Source of the DNA: Trichoplax sp. H2
Lineage: Eukaryota
NCBI GenBank assembly: GCA_003344405.1
Contig: NOWV01000001.1
Coordinates: 1,054,001 to 1,118,000, forward strand
DNA length: 64,000 nucleotides
Direction of reading: 5' to 3'
The notes beneath the pieces are model-generated. The model did not search any database. It saw only the letters and a list, made by a program, of their open reading frames with translations, and had not been told where the DNA came from. Positions 44,678 through 57,131 of the stretch are shown here, piece after piece. A program made the translations under genes and the position numbers. How positions within the stretch are numbered: the first letter of the stretch is position 1; each line of letters begins with the position of its first letter.

Positions 44678-47600
44678 ATGGGCAATGATGTCAAATCTAT
44701 TTGTTATGAATTAATGGATGAAGCTGCTAGTCATGGCTATGACATTGCTAGTTGCGAGTTTGCTCGATATCTGGATAGTCAAGACGAATTCAAGGAATTT
44801 CGAGAGTTGTTTTATGTTCCACGAAAGAAAACTTTGCCTCTAAGTATGTCTGCCTAAGTACAGCTACAATTTGAAATCATACAAGTTCATTTTAATCGCA
44901 CTCTAGTACTGCATCCACCTTTTAGCCTACTCTATCTTGCAGTTGAAGAGTCAGAGTATTGATAAGCATCATAACTTGTTGATTATTTTTTATGGACGAT
45001 TGCCTAGTCTACTATCTCATACAGTATGTACAAATTCCAAAGTACTCATGAAACACTTGAGATACTCGCAGAGTCTTAAAGTAGGGCGTGATACTGCAGT
45101 ACTGTACAAGTAGATGGTGTTACCTACAAATAAATATATTAATATTGCAGCATTGAAACTAATCCTAATTAGTACAGTATGTCTATACAATATACAATAG
45201 TTGTCTTTCATCATTAATTATTACGGATAGGATGCTCAATGTTCAGTAAGGCTGATATTGTACTGTACTGTAAAATAATAAGTGTACAATTGTGTATAAG
45301 ATTATTGTGCATTATGTACACTGTACAGTATAGGCAGATAATGAAGAAAGTTGCGATGTTATAATATTCATGAAGATTTTGTACAATCTATACTGTAGTT
45401 GATTTATCCTTGGTCGATGGTGAGAGTGAGAGTATCTATCTTCTTGGTAATTCTCTCGGCTTACAGCCCAAGCAAACTCGACAGCGTTTAATAGAACACC
45501 TGGACAAATGGGCTGAAATGTTAGTCTTTATTTACTAAAAGCGCGTATATCAGTATTGTTAAATTAAATTAAGCAACACTTGAATTATTATATAGTGGAT
45601 ATACTACACTATAACATTGTATTTATTATCAAACATTATGGATGCAAATAGGGGTATCGAAGGACAATTCCACGGGAATGATCGCTGGATTGACTTTCAG
45701 GATACGATGACTAAGGATTTGCTATGTCCTATTGTTGGTTAGTTGAAAGAAAATTGAGAATACCGCTAAAAAGAAACTTTCTCCTTCTAACTTCAATTCG
45801 CTAAATGTCATTATTATAATACGTATATAAGTTAAGATATTTTTTATATATACTTACCAAGATAGTTTGCACAGTATTTAAAACAATTTTATCCAGAATC
45901 CATTGCTGCTGTTATTGAATCTAATTTTTCAGTACTCTGGAGTCATTGGTAAAAATCTCCTTATAGTAACATAGTGGACGTACAATCTATTTCTTGTAAA
46001 AATAATTTACCTATTTGAGAATATCAATATACAAACAATTATGCCTGTCAAAGGCGGTGATATAGTGATGGTAGATCATTAAGACCTTTAAATAAATTTC
46101 ATTTATTAAAATCCTAGATCTTGTTGGGATTATATACCAGGAATTGTTTTATTTTCAATGGCTGCATTGTTGATTCATGTCTATTAGGATGAATATCGAA
46201 ATTAAAATTTTGATTACGTATCAATATAGGAGCTAAGCCTATTGAAATCTGCGTAATGAATGCAGTTACTGTTAACATTCACCTGCTAATGGTATGCTAA
46301 ATAACAATTATAAAACAAAATTAATACTATCAATACTTCTATCAAATAGATATAACGACTATATAACTGCATTTAACTACTTAGATATCTTTTTATCAAC
46401 CTACTGCCGAAAGATGCAAGATTCTTATTGAAGACGGAGCATTCCCTTCTGATCATGTATATGCCAACACTTAGTTATATCCATAATTACAGTAAATTAT
46501 TTACTTCAAATTATATTCGAAGAGTTTTCATTTATTCGATAAATAATAATTAATTATATAATTAAGGCACTTTTAATTAAAATGAATGCTAATCTAGTAT
46601 TATATTTTAAACAATTCTCAGTATGCAGTCCAATCACAGATACGAATGCGTGGTTATGATCCAGATGATGCAATGATAATAGTAAAAGCACGAGATGGAG
46701 AAACTACTATAAGAACGGAAGATGTAATAGCCAAGATAAACGAATTTGGTGATTCTATTGCTATGATTTTATTACCTGGTATGTATTTTTGCTTTGATAC
46801 CTAAATAGGTAGGCTAATACTAGGCGATCATTTTAATGAAGTATTATAGTTTAACATTTATTCTTGTCTTTTAAAGAGCGCAACGCCTCTTCAATTTAAC
46901 CAATTTGTTCATTTCGTATAGGAGTGCAATTTTATACTTGTCAGTTGTTTGATATTAAAGAAATTACTAAGGCAGCACACGATAAGGTTAAAATTAGGTT
47001 ATATTAAGCGTACACTGATAACAAATTTAGTCTTGGTAAATAATAATATTTTTACTACTGCATATAGCCTTATTAAAAAATAACTACTCTGCTTAAACTT
47101 CACAGTGATGACAGTGATTGTGATATTATATTAAACTTTGTAATTTTATTATTTATTTAAAGGGGTGCAATATAGGTTGGGATTTATGTCATGCGGCTGG
47201 TGCCGTTGAATTAAAATTACATGAATGGGACGTTGATTTTGCTGTTTGGTGCTCTTATAAGGTAGACTAATCCTCTTATGTTATTTTCTTTATTTGAGGT
47301 GATTTCGTCTATCTCCAATTGAATATCCACGAAATTGTAGTTGTCCAGAAAATAATTTACATATTGCAGTATAACCTAATTTCTTATCTCGCATCATGCA
47401 TAATGCAGTACCTAAATAGCGGTCCAGGATCGGTTTCAGCATGTTTTGTACATGAAAAGCATGCACATCGGAAAGATTTTAATAGGTTGCCAACATGTCA
47501 TTATCATTTGAGTAACTTGAAAGATTGTAAATAGATTATTTCAATTTATGAGTTGTTTGTTTATCAGTAATTTTGACTTTAATGCATTTGATCGTTTGAA

Positions 47601-48406
47601 AGACTTGAAGGCTGGTTCGGTCATCGTTTAGAAACCAGATTTGATATGTCAAACGGTAATAACGATTGAATATTTGATGACGCGTTGACAAAAATTATTT
47701 AAAAGATTAAGTTTAGCGTATGTTTACTAGTCATGGAGAGTATTCCTGGCGCATCAGGCTTTCAAATATCTAATGCACCTGCTGCTGAAGTTGTTAAACT
47801 CGTTAGTAGTTTAGATGTAAGTAAATTCACCGATTCGCTGTCATAACTTTAATCTCAGCTTATTTGTGATATGTTATTTAAATATCATATCATATACAAT
47901 AATGTAGTAGAGCAGTACAGTATATTAAATTTTTTTTTAAACAATAGATCTACTCAAGAGTATCACTACCGAAGCTATTTGAAAAAGCTCGCAAAGGTGT
48001 GATATATATGGAAGCACTTTATAGGCATTACTTTATGAATAATGCCACATCGACTGACTGTAAGAAAGTAGAGACTGTTGCGGATATTATTTCACCTACT
48101 GATCCTTTTGGAAGGGGCAATCACTTAGCATTCAAATTTTCGGGTGGCGTTGATTATGTTTGTGACGGACTGGCAAAAAGAGGAATCGTTGTAAGATGAA
48201 TTTTTTAGTTAAATTAAAAGTATTTTTTATTACACGATTGGCGATCATTCTAAAGTACAGAAATGAATGATATACAATTTCAGGTGGATGTTCGAAGAAA
48301 TGAAGTTATTAGAGCTAGTTTCGCTCCATTGTATAATTCATTCCAGGACGTTTACACCTTTATAACTACTTTACATGACCTGTTTACTCAAGGAAAGAAG
48401 TCATAA
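44678..48406 (+). CDS. KYNU: Kynureninase paralog B; same exon structure as paralog A
   Basis: [100 protein letters not shown] at 48404-48406. Confidence 0.93.
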
Positions 48407-50013
48407 ATACATACATTGACTTGTAGATATCATAGACTTTCTATCTATCCGCTATAGAACTTATAGACAGTCCTTTTAGTATGTAATAATAATTCGATTT
48501 GTAATCTCGATATGAATGGATTTTATTTAACTCAAGTTGATGTTTTATTTTTGCTAGACGGTACGAAGTTGAATTATCCTTGTGAATTAAATATTAAATT
48601 ACGTTATTACTCATATTAGTGACTTAGGATATAGCAATAGCGAATCGAGTGGTAATGAATCCGCATGGGATTATTGAAAATTATCGAGATATTGGTAGTT
48701 GCTGAGCTTCGTACTTTCCGACTGATTAGAGAATAGAAGTTGTTTTACAGAAGAAATACTGTATTACATTCTATGGCATCTATTGTTTAACTATTAATCT
48801 ATTTTCTATACAAGACTTTGTAGCTAAAAAACGGCTTTACTCTGGTAGCGTAAAACTGTATGTTAAGATACTATTAGAAGATAAATGACGCAACGTTATG
48901 ATGTGACGTAATGCTTCAAATTGATATCATGTTTTATTTATATCAGCGTTTCAAACTACTCGAATGTAATTAAATTTTTTATAACTTAATAAATCTAACG
49001 GACACTTGGATACAGCGCTTTTAATTTGCAATTTCCATGCCATATGATATAGTCATATCCGTGGAAACATCTTACTGCCGATAGCCTTGTCTGATACTTC
49101 AAAGTTAAAAAGTCATATAATCTAAGGGTCTAAGTAATAACTTGCCGTAGGTATACGATCAAATACTTAATAATTATCTATGAGCATATTATTGTTTTAA
49201 TAGACTCTTATGGGATTTAACAGTAAATAAAATGGTTAAAGATTACAATTTTTATGTAAGTTTTAATGGAGAGTTCACAATAATTTTAAAATTGAATGAA
49301 TGATACTGATACACATAGAATGTGGAATATCTTATATTCCATAGCCTAGACAAATGCTATATTTTGGTATTTAGTATAAACTCATCATAAAACTTGATCA
49401 CTGTTCCTCAAAAGGTATGCGATCGATATTAGCTATTAATTATAATTATCTATGAGTATATGCATATTTTCAAATTTTATATTAGAGGCCGCCATAGAAT
49501 TTACCTTTAACTCACTTAAATGAGCATCAACCAGAATAATACATTAATTAATCTTTCACGAATAATACTAAATCATAAATTCATGAGCATTTAGATGCTA
49601 AAATTTTAAATTCCTGTATCATAATCAAATTTTAGTTATAGTCTGCATACTGAAAATTTGCTCTTAACAAGCATCTCTATAAATCTTGTATGGAAGATAC
49701 TTCACGGATTTGTGGGTATAGACATTTTAACGATAAAACTAAACACCAATGATGCTCGGTATATTATCTTTTCTTACAAAGTAATAGATTGGGTATATTA
49801 AGTTAGCATTAAGGATTTATATGTTCTTATTAAATGATAGGATCTGTATCTGCATTCTACTAGAATCAGTCTATTAACAATTTAATCTACTTTATTTAGT
49901 TCTGAGACGATCGAATTATACAGTATCCACAAATATCATATTAAATTAAATAAAGAAGTTGATCCAGTACGAATAATTTGGTTGATGAATTTTAAATAAC
50001 TTTTGATTTTGCT

Positions 50014-53000
50014 CTATAATAATCTCTCTGTGTCTTCAGGAGTACTATTGAATCGTCGTCTAGTTCTCCTTCTACCTTTCTTATACTCATGAATTATTTT
50101 TCGAATGACCAAAAAGGATTTAATTTGCGACCATTCGAAAATTTCCCAAAATGTTAAGAAACTACCGCCCAGGAATAATCCCAATTGACCACCAATATCA
50201 CCTGAAATATATTACATCGCCATCCACATATATTAGAAATTCGTTTCGATCCAAAATGATTAACAATCACTATGAGTATAACATACTTATAAATTGATTT
50301 ACGTCGTATGCTTTCTTTTCTTTAAATGTTGTATAAGAAAGATCGTCGTAGAATAAGTCTAGAAAGACATAATTATCTCTAGATTGGCAGCAGTTAGAAT
50401 GGAAAAATTAGAAATAAAGTTTAGCAATGTTTATACTAGGTGGTACTATGTATGTTGTAATATCGACGAATCTGTAGTAAAGACATAGTTCAGTTATTAT
50501 ATTGAATAGCTTTAATATCCATATAATAGCAATAAAGCTTTAAAATGGATATTTTACCTTATATATTCGCCCATTGAAATATTGTTATACTTTAAGAAAT
50601 CGATTTCTAATTCATTTAATCCGTAACGATGAGCAGCAAACCTTGATGTTTGTCTGAGGGGAATTTCAGCATAAGTTACATGAGGATTAAATGATTTAAT
50701 CCTGCAATCGTTAGGACAGTTGCAAGTAAAGTTTTCCGGTGTACTTAGGCCTTAGTTAGAAATAAGTATGAGAATTAATAGAGGTCATAATTTCAATTTT
50801 GTTGACATTTCAGTAGTACAAGTATCGACTACATTAGTTAGAAATCTGTAGATTATCTATTCGTTGTCTATTTATCTACTTTTGTTGACTATAACTATCT
50901 GTTCGTTCGAAATAGATGCTAGAACTCCTAGTAATTATCTCTAATATTGTGCAATTATTAAACTTTCGACATATTAACAGCTTACCTAAGTATTTAGTAA
51001 CGCATTTCTTAATGTGCTCAGGTGAGCAGATTGGAGATGAGCCTGTATCATTGACGCGTAAATTAGATGGAAATTAATAATTTACAAATATCATAAAATA
51101 GGAAATCACAATAATAATAAAATTAAATTTAAAGTTGTTGTTTTTGTTTTTATGTATGTTGTTTTATATATGCAGACCATAAAATACCGAAGTATTTACT
51201 TTGGTAATACATAACATATACCTTGCATCAAAATATTACGGTACCGCACTGTAGCTTAGTGATTAGTCTATCTCTAGTTTTAACCGTAATTGGTTCGGCA
51301 AAATATTAGTGCATAATTCATACCAATCTCTATATTCTAATATCTCAAGATATCATCCACAACTTGAAGAAATTAAAATAAGTTAGAAGCATATTAAAAT
51401 GCGATGAAAACAATGTACCAGGCATATATGGTGTCCGACAATCACATCGTCTTCTATAGCTATCAGCTAAACATTCTAATTGGCAGGAAGCTCGACTATA
51501 AGATTTAAAATATTTTAACTTCTTCTGACCACAATTTCCCCACGGCGGTTTTAAGAAATCGGACTACACCAAAAGAAAATAAGAGGTATAATTTATTTCA
51601 TACGGATTTACAGTAGACCCTTTTTAAATATAAATTGCTATATCCTTGCATGGCTTTAAAAGATAAATGTAAAAATACATATTTCTCCATTTATTACCTC
51701 TGTGTACAGTAATTTTGTATAAGCGTGGTAGCCGGGCGGAACTGCAATACCTTCAGCATTGATATCAGGAGGTTCAAACTGATTATGGACGCGAAATTTT
51801 ATACCGATATCCGGATCGGGATTAAGATGAGTATATTCTTCTTCTTCGATATTTAGAATTAATTTTAAACCATAACGGCTGCCAGGTCTTTTTTGATAGA
51901 GAATAGGCGCATCAGCTCCTACGGAAATAAAAAGCAATCAGTTGAAGATGTGAATATGAGAAAATAATTTGATCTTAAGTTTGAAATTTCATCTTAAAAT
52001 ACTATGGGAAATAATGTCGAATAACATCGTTTATAATCACGATCAGATGTAATAGCTATCTGGTCTTTGATTCTGACTATACATTATTATGCTCTACTTA
52101 TGAGATAATATTTATATTTAAAAGGGTATAAAGCTTTGATTGATGATATAAGAAAAATAACGAATATGAATGCGTTAAACGGTTCTGCAAGAAAGGATAA
52201 ACATGAATAAAAGATATATGGCAATCTTCTATATCCAAAGCAATTAGCTGACTAAGCAAAACTATGATTAGTCCTGACTTTAGAATAGCTGTTTTATCTA
52301 GAAATTGAGCAATAAACATAAATAAGATAGAAGATACTAATAAAAGTGTTGGTTAGGAATTAAGTCAAAACTAAAGCATGTACCTAATCATAAATTATAA
52401 TTTTAATATCTAAAAACTATCCACTTATAAAGAAAATCGTTACGTAGATTAGCTTTAGAATCGCCTTTAAAGATAGTCTGCCTGACCTGCATTAAAAGTA
52501 AAACAAGAGCCATAATCTGTATATATCCTTGTGAAATTCTCTATACTGCAAGGCTGGCGTCCATCGTTCCAGGTGCAATGTTTAATAAATACCTCAGCTT
52601 GGTTACTTTTAACGTTTAGAAATTGCGTGATATCAAAAGTAATGTTATCATAAAGTTCGAAGGATATATTTTTTAAGTAGTCATTCCACTCTTTTCCTGT
52701 TTTGCCATTGAGGCCAGTGAATATTTGGTTGTTATCGGTTGCAGTAAATAAATTAACTAAATAACCAATGCGATGCCAATCACCATATTCCAATGAAGAA
52801 AATCGAAATCGATTGAAATTGCAAACCGATACAGCTGGAAATTTTAATTTTTTACTGATGGTGTAATTAATTGCAGCATTGGTGGGATAGGTAAAGAGAT
52901 AGTCATAGCGTTGAACGCATGTGATAATGCACAAAATAGTCATCGTTAAGGTCAATAGAAACCAAACCGCATGTCGAACTCGACCACCACGACCAAATAT

Positions 53001-54052
53001 ACGAACTATACCATTACAGGATGTCTGTAAGGCGAATCGATCATCATAATTCGAATCATCACTGAATTCAAATTTATCTTTGGTGCTAATGTGGAGATTT
53101 TCCGCATAGGATGCAGAGACTGTAGTTTGGTTTGCTTCCTCAAAGACAGAGCTATCATCATTATCATCATAAGGAGTTAGGATAACTAGAGTATCCAAGA
53201 ATTAATATTAGTTATGTGATAAAAGTATTTATAATGCTACTCTTGGTTAGACTTATTTATAAACTAGCTTAAACTTACTATCTTCAAACTCCTTGTCTGC
53301 CTTAACCTTGGAATTTTCTGCACAAGCCAAGGATAGCATAGGATGTTTTACTTTCTCAACAGCAGGGTAATCTTCTTGATCATCACCAGGGGTTAGAAGA
53401 ACTGAGATATCCAAGTATTCAAGTTATTCAATGCATTGTAGATTATCTCACTTCAATTTATCGTGTAGAAATTAGATTAAATTTACCGTTTTCAAATACT
53501 TTATCTCTCTTAACTTTAGAGCTTTCTATACAGGACAAGGACGGTATAGGTTGCTTTACTGCCTTAAAAACAGATCTATCTTCCTGGTCTTCATAAGAAG
53601 TTAGAATGAGTAGGGTATTTTTAATTGGTATATAAAGGCAACACTATCTTTATTTAATATAATATTACAAGTTAGGGCAATCTTACGATATTGATACTCT
53701 TTTTCTATCTCAAATTTGGAGTCTTTTGCGTTGGGTGAGGATGGTGTGGTTAGTTCTATTTTTTCAAATACAGAGTAATCTTCTTGATCTTCAGGAGTTA
53801 GAAGATCTAGGATGTTCATATAATTACGTTACTAAAAGCGTTTATAGTGTCTTTACTGTTAAAATTAACTGTCTGAGAAAAATTTCTCAAGATTACCGTC
53901 TTTAAATTCTTTGCCTGTCTTAACTTTAAAATTTCTTGTATAAAGTGAAGATGCAATAGGCTTTTCACTTCCTATCAATAGTCGTCAGATTAGTTGGGTA
54001 GTTGTAAAATTATCTTAGCTCGAAACATACCTTCATTAAGTTCTTCATTCAT
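50014..54052 (-). CDS. Degenerin/ENaC (ASIC-like) sodium channel with repeat-extended N-terminus; multi-exon
   Basis: TM1 AVWFLLTLTMTILCII, FPAVSVCNFN, YGSCFTFN, GLKLILNIE, PPWGNC, full thumb Cys set, TM2 SDIGGQLGLFLGGSFLTFWEIFE, TAG at 50014-50016. The ATG at 54052 is inferred from in-phase upstream exons and is less certain than the core (50014-53185). Confidence 0.9.
53060..53971 (-). repeat. Tandem exon+intron duplications (~200-bp period) encoding a ~40-aa repeat
   Basis: Homologous segments at 53971-53897 (half unit), 53806-53687, 53609-53487, 53401-53279 and the start of the large exon from 53185. Consensus is roughly (L/I)LTP..DQED.SVFE......S......SKVK.DKEFE. Confidence 0.85.
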
Positions 54053-57000
54053 TTTTCCTAATTTTAGGAAGATTAAAGATGATACTGCTATAACGTTATG
54101 GTTTCGACCTTTAATTGAATAATAAACTACTTTTTAGCATCTCGAGGTTATGATTGTAAATGACTACGTAAGTGTTACATCAAATGTAAAGAATGGGCAC
54201 TAATGTCAGAAGTAGATAGTGCTATTGCAGTAGCGGATAAAAGGATAGATATGGAACCAGAACAGTGGCTATAGTTGGTCTATTAGTGATGAGGTCTCGC
54301 AGGAGTGAGAATACGCTTACTACATAATCTAGTCGTAGAATGATGTTTTAAATGACTATAAAGCATAATTAAAAATCTGGCCAGCAGAGTATTAGATGAA
54401 CTATTGGGAACTAAACAAGCAAGATTGAAGAAAGAATCCAACAGGCCAGGCAAATGAAACATATGGTACATTATAATTATACAGCAATGTTGTATATTCG
54501 TCTGCTTATATATTTACTGTCAGTTTCATATTTTTCAACTGATATATTAATTGACTCATAACATTATTTCAGATGTAGTTGATTTTCAAACTAACGATCT
54601 ACACAGAATTTCGTGTAATTATGAGCATAAGTCATACTGTTATTAGAAATATATCGTATATTCAATCCTATTAAATAGGTTGTATCGGTACGATAGCATT
54701 CGGAAATCGGCTAATCTGTAATCCGTAATAAAAATCACCTTACTCAATATCTGTATCTGGATAAGTGTGACAATGCTCTACTCTACAATACTTGTACAAT
54801 TTTTGATTTGCCATACTTACTGTACTTGAATTAAGCTATGACAAATATAATGTGATTGCTTTTTGCTACCATATGGTTCCTGATTATTAAACCAATTATG
54901 AGTGAAATATGAATCATCTGATTGAAGAAGTTATATTAGGATTTGAATTGGGAGTATGGTATGTGGAACGAATGATGATATTTTATCAGAGACTTTGTAT
55001 AATCTTCCAACTGGTTGTTTCTGATAGGTATCGCTTATTTAGTTCCAACGTTAGAAGAATATTTAATTCATGAATGAGGCTATCATTAGCAGGATAAATA
55101 AGCCAGTTCTGATTTTTAAATAGAATAATATGCCACGATCATATCACATAGGGTAAGTATGGCTTTATTTGTATTAGCAATTATGAAATTAATAATTGAT
55201 ATCAGATTAAATGAATCATGGTAGTTGGAATCGTAATTTAATGCAATATAGTAAAATTATTGTTTCTGATTTTAGTATAATTGTATATAATGATCTTATT
55301 TTATAGGTGAACATGGGCTTATAGTGGTAACTGCAAATAACGAAATTAATAATGGATATGTAGCGTTCCTTTGAAATTTTGAATGTTAATTAAGCTTAAA
55401 AATATGGACATTATTACTAACAAGTTCATGATAAATTGTAGCCTAAGATAAGAGACCGCTTGAAATGTCAAAAAGTTCTTTAATGCAAGAAAGTGAAATT
55501 ATAGTCGAGATTGGAATGACAGGAAATGATAGTTTTATATGTTGTACCGATAAATACGGGTTATATTTGTATTGGCAATGGTAAAGTCAAGTAGGTTACT
55601 ACATTCTATTGCCTAATGCCAGTTAAACATTTGATGTCCAGATGATTTTAATTGTGCAACGATACCGGCAAATACGGTAGTATTTGATTAAAACGGGCCA
55701 TAATTATATAGCATAAAGATTGTTTAAAATGTTCGAAATAGGTGAATATGATACTACTAAGTAGAATAGTGTATATGTATGAGATTCCATGTTTGGTTGG
55801 TACCCTGCTATAGTAGATTTTATCCTGATATCATTCCATTTATGGCGGTATATACTGGTCTTTCTAGACTTGAAGTATTAAGCCAGTTGGTAATTTGCAT
55901 ATTTGGGATTTGCTATAATTTCAACGACATACTATATTCATTTATTTAATTAATTAATGAATTATAAATATCTTGCTATACAAAGTTGGCAAACACGATT
56001 AAAGTATCAATCTGCTGCAATCAGAGAGACGGACTTAATCTGCAATATGTCAGCATTAAGTAACGATTAACGTTCATTATTCTAGGTATATTGTTACTAT
56101 CACTTTGAAATACATCAGTATCAATTTCTTGTAAATTAAATCCTAGTCAAAGTCAAATTTCCTGCATTCCAAGAGCTCGTTAAAAACTGTATTAATTAAT
56201 CATTGAACAACCTGGAAGTTTCTGTTCTAGTAGCTGTTGATATTTCAACTTGAAATTTCAAATCTAGATTTTAACGTAAGTTTTATCAATTATAACAGAT
56301 AATAACCATTTTGAGGGCTAACCATATCCTACTTTCATCGTCGAATGTAATCGTGATTTATGCTAAAAATAATATCCTAAGTAAATCTTCAAGCTTGAAG
56401 ATCGTCTAAATAATTTTTAAATAAGGGTAAATGGTAATGTATATAGTCATTTTTGATTTATGATTTCATATTGAAGTTTAGTAAAAAGTATCTAGGAAAT
56501 ACGAGTAGAATTCTCTCAGTAGTTTGTGCAATTGATTTTGACTTTGATGTAGAATATTCCAAGATAAATTACTTTCTGTTTGAATACTTTTGGCACTATT
56601 TGTAGTAAGTAGTCATCACTAAGATATAAAACCGATTAATTACAGTAGATTCCACTCCAATAACTTTCGGAATTTGTCTCAATTATGACGTAAATTGACG
56701 ATCGATTAATATCTTGAAGGTTTCGAAGCACTGTTTTATAGCCAACAATAGGATAGTAGTCGAAAAGATAAAAATGTAAATTTTACTTCCATGGCTTATA
56801 GTCCATGCAATTAAACTCGATTTTAAATTAAATATCGGTCGATTAATAACTTTTTTCTTGAACATTTAAGATGCTATTTACCCTAACGTGTATTAGGATG
56901 CAAAGGAATATTTGTCTATCAGTCTCAATTTCCTTTACATATCGTTGCTTATAATAGTAAATACGATTAGATATTCTTAAGCAAAGGATTACAATTTTAG

Positions 57001-57131
57001 TTAATATTGCACTTATATCCATGAAGGTGATCTTAATCTAGGGAAAGATACACGTATAACTTAGAAAGGTCTAATTACAATTTAAAATTACTTATTCGTA
57101 TCAGATTTTCTCTGCCTCTGAACTTGTAAAG

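Noticed and set aside
37862-48406. KYNU copies as an allelic assembly artefact
   Set aside because: Many amino-acid differences and unalignable long introns far exceed the ~1-2% difference seen in the gap-flanking duplicates.
49149-49510. Degenerate ~265-bp-period duplication between KYNU-B and the channel; similar short duplications in SPEF2 intron 1 (21180-21510)
   Set aside because: Short, decayed and AT-rich, with no sign of function.
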